Assembly (NCBI RefSeq): GCF_036321535.1
Contig: NC_087436.1
Coordinates: 35,962,001-36,026,000, forward strand
Reading direction: 5' to 3'
Length of the DNA: 64,000 nt
Source: Camelus dromedarius
Lineage: Eukaryota
Of this stretch, positions 1 to 11,560 are shown in pieces. Position 1 is the stretch's first letter. The number at the start of each line of letters is the position of its first letter. Position numbers and translations under genes: made by a program. The notes under the pieces were generated by a model. That model was not told where the DNA came from and made no database searches. It worked only from the letters and a program-made list of their open reading frames with translations.

Positions 1-1694
1 ATTGATATTTTTGGTACTAAACCATCCCGCCTTCCAGAGATAAATACTACATTAAAAAAAAATCTATTGTTGGAATTTAGGTAGCTAATATTTCATTTAG
101 AATTTTCACACTTGTCATTGTGAGATGGACCTACAATCGTCCTTTCTTATACTATTCTTCTGGAATTAAGATTGTACAAGCTTACAAAACTAGCCAGGCA
201 GCATTCTCTCAACTCAACTTATTTTTTTTTAATATATTCATGAGACAGGAACTACAAACTCCCAAAAGTTTGGTGAAAGTACATTGTAAAACCTATTCAA
301 CTTGGGGAGGTGTGTCAGTTTATTCAGTTGTTTGTGTGTAGAATTTAGGGAGAGTTTTGATGATCATTTCCATTTCTTTGACAAATATTCAACTATTAAG
401 TTTTCTACTTTTAAACATATTTACTTTCCGTTTTCAGTGGTTTCATACAAGGAAATTAATCACAAAGAGGTTTTTGACAACTAACATTCTGAGTACAAAT
501 CAGATTCAAAAGCAGCAGCACCAAGACCTCATACACTGACCCCAATTTTAATCTCAGAGTGTCTCTGAAAAACAAGCTGTCAGGCAGACAGTTCTGTTCT
601 TAGTCTCTAGAAAAAATTATCGGTCCTTATATGGATAGCAGCTTGAGTAATGTGACTGACAGAACAACAACTTAATAGGAAAAGTCTTCCGAGCAGTTAT
701 ACTTCAAAAATAGGAAGTACTGCTTTTCAGAAATAAGAGACTTGAGAAACAATGAACTGAACCCAAGGAAAATTGCTGAAGGCCTCGTAAAGTCAGTGAG
801 AAATGTTTGCCTTTGCACCTTAAAAGTTTTAAATCTATTTCATTCTCATGGTCTAAACTGATGCTCTTCTTCTGCTAGTAGATTATAGAAACACAGAGAA
901 ATTGGTTCAGGTACAGATTAAAGAGGCAACGTTTCATTAAAAATGTGAAAAGTTATTAGGGATACATTTTTATGGCTAAGTTGAGGATTTCTGAATTATT
1001 ACAACAAATGAAAGCCTTCAAAGTTAGGCAGCTAATTTATTATATGAAGACTATTAAATCGACACGATAGAACCCTTTCTCATGGTTTCAACTCCCACAT
1101 TATTTAATGTATCTTGTGTACGCTGTCCCAAAGGGCCATAACAGAATTTTTATAAACTGTTAGGACAAATGCTGACGTGCATCTTACTTTGTTTATCACT
1201 GAACCCAGGCCAAAAGGCACTAATTAGAGTAGTTCTGCTACACAATGTTTATATACTAATTACCCTACTTCCTAAACCAAATGTTCCAAGAAGTACTAAG
1301 AATGCATGGCAAAAAGCCACTGGTTGCAGCATCAAGTATACTGCTTTACAAACAAAAAGAATAATAGACTCAGGAAGAAAATAAATAATAGAAAAATTAA
1401 CATTATATAAATGTGGTAAATAAGGCAACTGCATTTTCCTAAATATTTGGTGACCCTTATTATGTTAAATAGCATAGGTATTTAATTTTAATAAACATTG
1501 AGACTTTCCAGTTAAAAGAAAAAATTTAGAAACAAAATGTTACATGCAGTAAAGACAAGTAAGTTGCACACGGTCAAGGATTTTATATATACATAAAATA
1601 TATACACACATGTACTTCATATTTAAGACATATTTATGGGAAATATCAGAAAAAATTTCATGGAAAAACATATGTCGGTATTGCAAAGTCTTGT

Positions 1695-1900
1695 TTTTGA
1701 AATTTAGTAAGTATTTATTGAGTGTCTTCTATATGCAAAACACAATGATTTCAAAGATAAACAAGACATACATGTTTCCTGCGTTCAAAGAGCTTGCAGT
1801 CTGAAGAGGACGGACAATTAACCAAGCAAATACAATATACCATAATAAATGCTATAAAGTGATGAGAGACAGCAGCCAACAGAGCAAGTAACTCAGTCTA
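1695..1900 (-). mobile_element. L2 LINE 3' end fragment (ancient)
   Basis: Reverse-oriented L2 tail motifs 'gtatttattgagtgtcttctatatgc...cctgcgttcaaagagcttgcagtctg'. Confidence 0.65.
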
Positions 1901-2214
1901 GGATTATATTTCGTGTGTGCATGTGTGTATAAACAAAGAAATGAATTTTAGAAGTAGGGAGAGTTTTCACTTTCCTATCTTATCTGTCCTCTCTCCTTGG
2001 GTGTACACATTTTACACTGTCTGTTTCTGTGGTACTTACTCTTATGGCTGTTCCTATCAGTTGAACTTCTTTTTCTTCTCTCATGTCTTGTGATTTTACC
2101 TTACCTATTGTTATTTCTCTACTTGGCCATGATGTAGAACTTTGTATACTTATAGCACTTTTTTGTGTTATAATAAAATTTGTCAAAACAAAAACAGTGA
2201 TAATATTGAAAATA

Positions 2215-2445
2215 ACTATAATAATAGGCTTACTACGTGCCAGTTTGTTCTAAGCACTTTAACATGCATTAATTAACTCATTTAATTTTCACAAAAATCT
2301 TTAAGATAGGCATTAATATTACTTCCATGTTAAAGATGTGGAAAATGAGGTTAAGTAACTTCCCTAAGGTCACATAACTAGTTAAGGGCAGACAGAGCTA
2401 GAATATGACCCCTGCCAGTGTGGCTGAAGCCATATTGGTTTAACT
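2215..2445 (-). mobile_element. MIR SINE
   Basis: MIR core in reverse: 'gaaaatgaggttaagtaacttccctaaggtcacataactagt', preceded by 'tactacgtgccag...ctaagcacttt'. Confidence 0.8.
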
Positions 2446-2454
2446 GAAAACAAA

Positions 2455-2625
2455 AGCTAATATTCACTAAGTAATTATCAGGTACTGTTCTAGTCATTCT
2501 AATCATTACAAAGATATGATCTTATTTAATCCTCACAATGGCCCAGTTAAAACAGGTAGCTTAATAACTCCATTTTAAGGATAAGGAAATTGATGTAGAG
2601 TGAGACGTTCAAGTCACATAACAAA
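2455..2625 (-). mobile_element. MIR SINE (second, adjacent, degenerate)
   Basis: 'cttatttaatcctcacaat...ccattttaaggataaggaaattga...caagtcacata'. Confidence 0.65.
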
Positions 2626-5600
2626 TAATACTCATTTTAAAAAGGAGTGAGAAAGAGTTTAACGAATTGAATGTTTAAAAAAGAAGAAAAATCATAAACT
2701 AAATTATCCTTATTTTTATATAAGACCATATACTCTCTTGATCAAGACTTGGGAGAAAAACAATAGTTCTATCCTTCAAGCTAATAAATCTCATTCATTG
2801 CAAAGTTATTAGCCAAAAGTGTTCCCTGGTTCTTTAACCAAAAAGAGATAAATAGACTCTGCCTTGTCATTTTTCATATCTGCTCAGCAATAGTGAATCA
2901 CCTTCCTCTCAGCTGATATAAACCCAAAGTTAATTTTTATTCTTTCTACTTTCTTAGTATTACCATAAGAAATTAAGGTACTAGCATATCAAAAAGAAAT
3001 AAAGGATCATGTTATTGATTAGTTACAGACAGACTCTAACCATCAATAGACAAGATGAAGCCTCTTTGTCTCCTTGTTTTCCATCAAAAACAAACACATC
3101 TCATGAGTATCTTAAGAGTAAACTTTTCTAATTATCTCCTCATATGCAGGCAGTGCTGGTTTGGATATATAAAAACAAAAAAAGACACATTGACTTATTC
3201 GTGCCACTATAAAATTATAAGCATCAAAAACTTCTCAAAAAAAACTTCAATTCAGAATCTAGTCCACTGAATTCAGGGGAAGTAAAAGTTTTTCCAATAG
3301 TAGGGGAAGCCCTCTGAGAATGCTGGAAGATTTACTAGTTCAAAAGCACATCAAAATTCAGATTAGGAAAAGGAGGTAATTAGTGCCTGCAGCTTTGTTT
3401 ATGGTTCTTAGTGCCAGGAGGGTAGTCAAAGAGCACATGCAATCAGCCCTTGAACATTATAATTAGATGATAGGAAGGACAGAGCTCCACATCATAACTA
3501 CTAAAAATACTACAATCATTAGAACTGCAAAAATGAACCCATTAGCGTTTCCCACCAAATCGTTTTACCAGCTCTGCTACTTGAGCTGTGTGACCCAAAG
3601 CTTTTCTAAGCACACTTGAGAGAAATCGTTTAGAGGACTATTTTAACTTTGTTCTTACACACAGTTCAAACCCTGCACAAAGGCCTAGGGATACATTTGC
3701 AGCCAGATCCCATGACCTGAAAAAAGTATGGAACCTGATATGATTGCAAATGTTAGACCTGGAATGGTAAATACTAAGGCAGAACTATTTGCTCTGCACT
3801 GCACCTCAGATTTCTGAGAAGAAAACAGAAAAATCTATAAACATAATCCAAACTTAATTCTCAAATTCCAACTAGATCCTTGCTGCTTGCTACATGGCTA
3901 GTCTTATGAACCCATCTGCCCTTGCCTTGATGGTTAATCCAAATCCTTCCTACTCTCCTCAAAGCTTCAAGTCAGTCTCCAGAAATTGGCTAAGGGAAAC
4001 AGTTGTTAACTCTTTCATCAGCCTTGCTCATGACCTCAAAAGTCTTCCCTTTTTAGACCCATTATTCTAAATCAGAGGAAAAGTTGACTTGTGCTCATTC
4101 TCTTTCTTCCTTTCCCCATTCCTGCCCATTCCCAGTCCCCACAGCCCCTACACCAGGCTAACAACTTGGGGAAAAGCACTCTTCATTTTGCTACCTCCAA
4201 CAATGCAAGACTATACGCTCTTAATTATGTTTTTCATCTCCCAGAATGTTTTCAATTCAACAAATTCAAATTCAACGTGGATGCACCATTTAAACATTTT
4301 TAAGCATCTACTTGGGTATCAGGCACTGTGCTAAGTACTGAGACACCAATAACTGAGACTGCGCCCTTAAGTTGCCCAGAGCCCATCTTCCCTTTTGTTT
4401 TCAAACACATACTAACAACTATCTTTCAAAATCCCTTAGTCTTTCTTTACTCCACCTATGGCCAGTATCTCTATCTAGTGACAATTTACCCAGAGTACAT
4501 AGTCCAATTCAGGTTGTATCCTCTATAGCTTTTCCTGATTATTCCACTCTGGAGCAACTTCTCCTTCCTTTGTGCCACTCATTTGGCTCCAACTAGAAAC
4601 CATACTATACTGGCAGTTACCTCTTTCATATCTATTTCACATTATGCTGCATATACCATACATATCTGCTTGTTTAAGAGGAAAAGAACATGATTTTACA
4701 GTCAGACAGAACAAGGCTCAAGGCAGGCTCCATCTCTTTGGGACTGTATGACCCTAGACAAGGTACCAATCCTCCTTGGATATATGGGGTTATTGTGAGG
4801 ATTAATAATTTAAAATATAGGCACACCACAGGTTGGTATTAAATATAAATTCTCTCCCCCATCAGGCACTTATTGATTAAAATCTTATTCCATGTTAATA
4901 TAAAAATGAGAATTTACTAAATCCATATTTCTAGGTTTCTCACTTTATTTTCATCATATAAGCAAGGATTGAAAGCTAAGATGAAAAAAAGTCACCTTTT
5001 AAGAGGTTATTCAAGGAATGGAAGAGCTCTTCACTACTTCTAGTAAGAAGCAGCTTATTACTTTGTCTTCCCCCAACCCCCACTGAACATGCAACCCTCT
5101 GATAGTTTTAAACTGACAAGACAGTTTCTATTTCATCAGCACAGATTTAATTCTGCAGTTTCTATATCCAGATTGTTACTGCATTACCATTATCCAAGTA
5201 GACATTTACCAACTGAGGACAGGTACTGTTTAACCAGCTTACCGCTAATGGATGTACTTAACTGCAAACAAGCATTACTCTAAAACAAATCGTGTCATAA
5301 GATTTTAAGCATGATAACCAGAAACAGAGTGAAATCCCAATCACCTACAATTACCTTCAACCACTCATTTGAAGAACAGAGCATATTTATGGTAATACCA
5401 ATTTTCCCTTTTCTATACAGAGAGCTATCAGACACAAATTAATAATATTTATATCTTTTAGTATCTAGAAAAGGAATCTCTGGCTTTTTTCTAACCAAAA
5501 CTAAAGAGACTTACAAAATGATATAATGCTTATCATATTTTAAATGACTCCTAAATATATACCCAAAATACTCCATGTATAATTATCCCCCATTTGAAGT

Positions 5601-6169
5601 AGTATTCAATTAATTCCTTATGATTATTATCTTTTTATAAACAAGCTTTACTTAAGGGAAACTGGAGACTACTCTGTCTTTTCTCCTAATAGAATTCATA
5701 ACTTTGGTACACATTAACGTGCCAGGTTCTAAAATGTAACTTTATTTAGCAAAAGTACGGTAGCAGAGATGAGCAGATATTTAACCTAGTAGATTCAACC
5801 TTCCATTGTCAAAAGTTTATAGTTTACTAAATTTGAATTTTCCTCTATGTGAACATCTTTCAAATTTAATCTTAGACACATAAGAAAAATTAAAACATCC
5901 TTAGGAAAAAAAGTCACTTCTATGGTCAACTCTGGTAGTATATATTGATTTCAAAAGGCAAGTAATAATTTATTATTTTCAAAATTGAAAATCATAGATA
6001 TCAGTGGGAAATCATCTGAATTTCATGGATGTTACATGTATCAATACAATTAAAGAGTAGCCATAATTAGTTTTTCTAATGAAGTAATATGAATCAACAT
6101 GTTTGCCTTTCAAAATGGAAATATTATCACTTTGGGCAATTTATTATAAAATTTAACTGTGTAATCTCG

Positions 6170-6460
6170 TAAGTTATTTTTAACAACTTTACCGAAGAAC
6201 TTACATACTGTAAAATTCACCAATATTAAGTACATAATACAATACTTTTTAGTAAATTTATCATGCTGTGCAACCTTTACCATAATCTAGTTTTAGAATA
6301 TTTTCATTGCTCCCAAAAGCTGCCTTATGCCTATTTACAGTTAATCCCCCAGGCAACTCCCAACCCCAGTCCCAGACAACTACTGTTTTGATTTTTGTCT
6401 CCACAGATTTGCCTTATCTGGATATTTCATACAAATGAAATTGTATAATTTATTATTTTT
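6170..6460 (-). mobile_element. Old L1 (L1MB/ME-like) 3' end fragment
   Basis: 'acatactgtaaaattcacc...tgtgcaacc...ttttagaatattttcatt...atttgccttatctggatatttcatacaaatg' matches the L1M 3'UTR in reverse. Confidence 0.75.
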
Positions 6461-6929
6461 AAACTAAGAATTTTTCTAGACCCCAATATACTTTTTTTTA
6501 TAGGACTCTCCAGATAAGATTTTTCTTAAAGTGAAGTGAAAATGAAAATCCCACACGTTTATCAGGGGTTATAACCATCTATATATTGAGTGAAAAGGAA
6601 AATTTTAATACTTTTCAGATACACTAAAAAAAAACCTTCAAACTTTACATTCTTATTGCCATTAAACATATATTCAGAATTACAGAATCATTAAATAAGT
6701 AGAAGTGCCATTTATTGTTTTCTTTAGTATCATATTCAGGAGAAAGAAAAATGGACAAGTTATTAGAACACTTAGTTGGTTTTTTATACTAAGTGATTCC
6801 TAGTTATGAAATCTCAAAGTGTTTCCAATTATGAAAATAAATCAGAAATGCTAAGAAAATTTTCAAAGGTAGATTAACTGAACAAAGTAATTAAGTGTTG
6901 GCGGAGACCTCAACAAATATCTAAAATTA

Positions 6930-7300
6930 AGCAATTCAATAAACTTCAATCAAACATTTACCATACACAACTACATTTTTGCTAGGCACAATGGGGAACA
7001 TAAAAGAAAGATGGTAATATAGTTTTCTACCCTTCAAGGGCTTACATTTCTATTGGGGAAGATAAATTACACAATAAAATAATTAGAGAAGAACTCAAAA
7101 CAGAAAATAAGTGTGAAAACGTGAAGTCAGAGTAGAGGCTGAGAGAGATGAAGGTGAGGGAAATACCACGGGCTGGAGGGGCACTAGAGGCCACAGAGGG
7201 GGCGGAACTGTGGATGATTCTTCAAGTGTGGCTCAGAATTATATAAGAGCCCAGAGCAGGTGGCTTTCTAGACAAGAAGAGCATCATGGTAAATTTGCAG
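6930..7300 (-). mobile_element. L2 fragment
   Basis: 'ttcaatcaaacattta...gctaggcacaatgggg...ccttcaagggcttacatttcta'. Confidence 0.55.
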
Positions 7301-7849
7301 ACAGAAAGAAGAAAGCAAACTAGCTCAACAATAAGAAACAGTCAATATAAGCTGACTATAACATTGCTGAAGATGAGAGGGTAGAACCCCAGGTGTAAGT
7401 GGTGGACTTCAAATCTCTCCTCTGATTGCTATACGTTTCTGGAAAAGGTAAAGCTTCAGAAGTTTTAGATAAGGTTTAGAGAGAAGGAGTTACAGAAGTG
7501 TGTCTGGGTGTTGGAAACAAACTCTACTTCTGGATAAAACCAGATTTGAGTCTCCATCCTCTCTTCATCTATTAAAACTTAGATATTTCCTTTCAAGGGT
7601 TGCATAATAGAAGGCAGTCCATTACACGAATCAGTACCAGAAGCTGGCACTGGCAAACAGTAACAGCTCTTCCTTCCCTCCGGGACTGTGGAGCCCAGCC
7701 AGGACTTCCAGTCCATCTAAGTCTGTAAAATACCATTAACAGGTTATGAGTTGGGTACTGCCTGTTCATACATTTGAGGAAATGAAATGAAATTAACACA
7801 GGTTTTACTACATACCCGAATCTGCTAGCACAGAAATAATAAACATGAC

Positions 7850-8020
7850 CTAATTTAATATTCTGAACCTGTAGAGTAGATAAGTATTGTTCTCATTTTA
7901 CAGATAAAGAACCTGTGTTCATATTGGTTAAACAGGTTGCTATGGATGTACTGCTAATGAAGTGACTGAACTAGGCTTCAGTGAGTTCAGTCTAACTCCA
8001 AAGCCCATGTTCTTTCCTTC
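7850..8020 (-). mobile_element. MIR SINE
   Basis: 'ctcattttacagataaagaa...tctaactccaaagcccatgttcttt'. Confidence 0.75.
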
Positions 8021-8089
8021 TTACCATTTTGTGTCTATGTAGTATGCTTATTTAAAACCTTTTCAGATAACATTAATAGTTGGTATTTT

Positions 8090-8320
8090 TTAATATCAAA
8101 TATGTTCTGGGTTCTTTTCTATGTACTGAATAAACACTATTATTAATCTTTATAATAACCCTGAAAGAGAGTAATTAGATCCCTATTTTACAGATGATTA
8201 AATCATGACCAAGAGACGCCAAATAATACGCCAAAGTTAAAATAGCTGGTAAGCGGCAGAATTGGCTTCAAATTCTTGTATGCTTTGTGTCGACCCATTG
8301 CTTCTTCCACTAGGCCACAC
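8090..8320 (-). mobile_element. MIR SINE
   Basis: 'ctttataataaccctgaaag...atttacagatga...agctggtaagcggcagaattggcttcaaa'. Confidence 0.7.
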
Positions 8321-8623
8321 CTCCTTATTTGGTATGCAGTTTAAGAAAGAGATTTTGTTATTGATAATGGATATGTCAACTTCCTTATTTGTTTTATTTG
8401 CTTTTTTCTCTTTGTTTTTGCTTCTCTTAGAGCTATAAATTCTGAACTACTCATTCAATAATATAAGTAAATAGTATGGAAATTAACCTCTAAGACATTG
8501 GTGGGCCCACTGATTCTTCTTCCTTTATCCTCTGATAACAGAGATACATACTAATAAAATACATCCAATGGATGCTATTAACTTGCTCCTTTAAAAACAT
8601 TTGTCACTTCTAACGTACTTTTT

Positions 8624-10177
8624 TTTCAAATCAAGGTATAGTCAGTTTACAATGTTGTGTCAATTTCTGGTGTACAGCACAATTCTTCAATCATACATGA
8701 TTACACATATATTCATTTTCATATTCTTTTTCACTGTAAGTTACTACAAGATATTGAATTTATTTCCCTGTGCTATATGGTATAAACTTGTTCATCTGTT
8801 TTATATATACCAGTCAGTATTTGCAAATCTCAGACTCCCAGTTTATCCCTTCCCTCCCCCTTTCCCCCTGGCAACCACAAGTCTGTATGCTATGTCTATG
8901 AGTCTGTTTCTGTTTTATATATAAGTTCATTTGTCTTTTTTTTCTTTCAGAGTCCATGTATGAGTGATATCATGTGGTATTTTTTTTTTCTCTTTCTGGG
9001 TTACTTCACTTAGAATGACATTCTCCAGGGCCATCCGTGTTGCTGCAAATGGCATTTTATCATTTTTTATGTCTGAGCAGTATGCCACTGTATAAATATA
9101 CCACAACTTCTTTACCCAGTCATTTGTCAATGGACATTTAGGTTGTTGCCATGTCTTGGCTATTGTAAATAGTGCTGCTATGAGCATTGGGGTGCAGGTG
9201 TCTTTTTGAAGTAGGGTTCCCTCTGAATATATACCCAGGAGTGGGATTACTGGGTCATATGGTAAGTCTATTTTTAGTCTTTTGAGGAATCTCCATACTG
9301 TTTTCCCCAATGGCTACACCAAATTGCATTCCCACCAACAGTGTAGGAGGGCTCCCTTTTCTCCACACCCTCTCCAGCATTTATCATTTGTGGACTTTTG
9401 AATTATGGCCATTCTGACTGGTATGAGGTGATACCTCATTGTAATTTTGATTTGTATTTCTCTGATAATTAGTGATATTTTTTGAGCATTTTTTCATGTG
9501 CCTATTGGTCATTTGTATGTCCTCACTGTCCTAAACAATTGCTTGTTTAGGTCTTTTGCCCATTTTTGGATTGGGTTGTTTGGTTTTTTCTTATTAAGTC
9601 ATATAAGCTGTTTATATACTCTAGAAATCAAGCCCTTGTCAGTTTCATCTTTTGCAAGTATTTTCTCCCATTCCATAGGTTGTCATTTTGTTTTGCTTAT
9701 GATTTGCTTTGCTGTGCACAAGCTTGTAAGTTTAATTAGGTCCCACTTGTTTATTTTTGCTTTTATTTCAATTGCTTGGGTAGACTGCCATAGGAGAACA
9801 TTTTTGAGATGTATGTCAGATAATGTTTTGTCTATGTTTTCTTCTAGTAGATTTATTGTGTATTGTCTTATGTTTAAGTCTTTAAGCCATTTTGAGTTTA
9901 TTTTTGTGTATGGTGTGAGGGAGTACTCTAACTTCATTGATATACATGCTGCTGTCCAGTTTCCCCAACACCATTTGCTTACAAGACTGTCTTTATTCTA
10001 TTGTTACGTTCTTGCCCCCTTTGTCAAAGATTAACTGACCAAAAGTTTGTGGGTTCATTTCTGGGATCTCTATTCTGTTCCATTGATCCATATGTCTGTA
10101 TTTGTACCAACACCATGCTGTTTTGATTACTGTAGCTCCATAGTATTGTCTGAAGTCTGGGAGGGTTAATCCTCCAG
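8624..10177 (-). mobile_element. 5'-truncated young LINE-1 (ORF2 C-terminus + 3'UTR + polyA) with TSD
   Basis: Frameshifted ORF2 pieces in the ORF track (8927-9310 '[24 protein letters not shown]', 9683-9937, 9993-10180 '[12 protein letters not shown]'). 14-bp TSD ctaacgtacttttt (8610-8623) / ctaacatacttttt (10178-10191), with a single mismatch at a CpG. Confidence 0.95.
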
Positions 10178-10779
10178 CTAACATACTTTTTATAATATTT
10201 CTGCTGGATGGCCTACTACAATTTGATAGTATGTTCCTTATGTTAAAGAGAAAGCTGCTTATCTGTAACTTACAAATGGAGACGCATGGAGTTAACTGAA
10301 TCTGTTTATAAGTTCCATTTCCACATAGCCAACTTTTCATGTATTTGAAAACAGTGCTCAAGTTCCTTACAAGTTTTATTTATTATAAATTAAACCTCTA
10401 AAAATACTTCAGTTATTCTTCCTGTGTCACATGGTTTCCAAATGCTTTCACATCGAGGTTACACTCTTCTGGATATAGCTTAGTACCTCTTTTTACCCCT
10501 CTGGAGTAACACAATAAGAACATTGTCATCGTTTCTAGATGACAGCCTTTTGGATTAACTGAAGCTGTCTATCACACCTCTCCTTCAGAGTCTTTTCTTT
10601 TCCCTACTGATTAATCAGGAACTCACAGTTTGCAGGCCCTTTCCCCTCCCTCCCATCTAAATTCTGATTACTCTCCAATGGATTTACCTTGGCTGGCTAG
10701 TGTTTCTCTTAAAATGTGGCGATCCAAATGCAAACTGACTAATATGCAATAGAGTGAGATACTTTTTTTCTTCATACAT

Positions 10780-11350
10780 TAAAACATCACTCACATATAT
10801 CCTTCTCTTTCTTTGATTTAGTTTAGCTTTGTGTCTTAAATTCCTCTCCCAAAGAACTATTATAACCCTTTACCCTAGCCTGTTGTTTCTACCTTTTCTA
10901 ATCCAGCCTGAGCAGTGATTAATCTTCTTAAAATCTCATGATAGTACCTTTCTTCTACTCAGAAATTAAGTCTCTTCACAGCCTATTAAAGTCTGAACTC
11001 TTCCTAGATGTGATTTCATCTCACTGGCCCAGCTGTATCAGCCATGCAAATTAGAATATTCACCATTCTCCAGATACATTCCTTGTTTTCATGTCTATGT
11101 CCTTTGCCTATAGTTCCATACGGAATGCCTGCCTACTCCTCTCCTCTGCCTCCTGAAATATCATTCTTTTCCCAAGATATAGCATAACTGTTATCTCTCA
11201 GTCACCCCTGCTGGAAGCAATTTGTCCTTTCTAATGTTCTTGACCCTCTTTTTAGAGCACTACTTCATGCTTCCTTGTCTTCAAATCAGTTGTGTTTCTT
11301 GGGTTTCATATTAGATTCCAATTTTGAGGCTGGAGGATATATCTTATTAA
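10780..11350 (+). mobile_element. L2 fragment
   Basis: 'gagcagtgattaatcttcttaaaatc...cctttgcctatagttccatacggaatgcc' L2-type 3' region. Confidence 0.55.
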
Positions 11351-11414
11351 ACCAATACTGTGCATGGTGAGTACAAACTTTATAGCTAGCATATGATATA
11401 AATCCTCATCATCT

Positions 11415-11560
11415 AACCAATCAATTCAACAAATATTTAGTGACTATCTGTTATGCACAAGGCATTCTGCTAAGCTTCTGAGATATAAATCTGATATAAA
11501 TCTGAAGCTTTTGAGATATATGGTCCTTGCTTTCAAGGAGTGGACAATACAATGAGAAGA
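11415..11560 (-). mobile_element. L2 3' end fragment with small internal tandem duplication
   Basis: 'caattcaacaaatatttagtgactatctgttatgcacaaggcattctgctaag'; duplicated 'gatataaatct' and 'aagcttYtgagatata' at about 11473-11520. Confidence 0.7.

Noticed and set aside
5355..5412. Possible 58-nt minus-strand exon (ctctctgtatag| ... AAG|GTAATT)
   Set aside because: Short, AG-interrupted pyrimidine tract; not distinguishable from a cryptic site pair.
9498..10034. Longest ORF (178 aa, plus strand), hydrophobic
   Set aside because: It is the antisense frame of the A-rich L1 ORF2 remnant.
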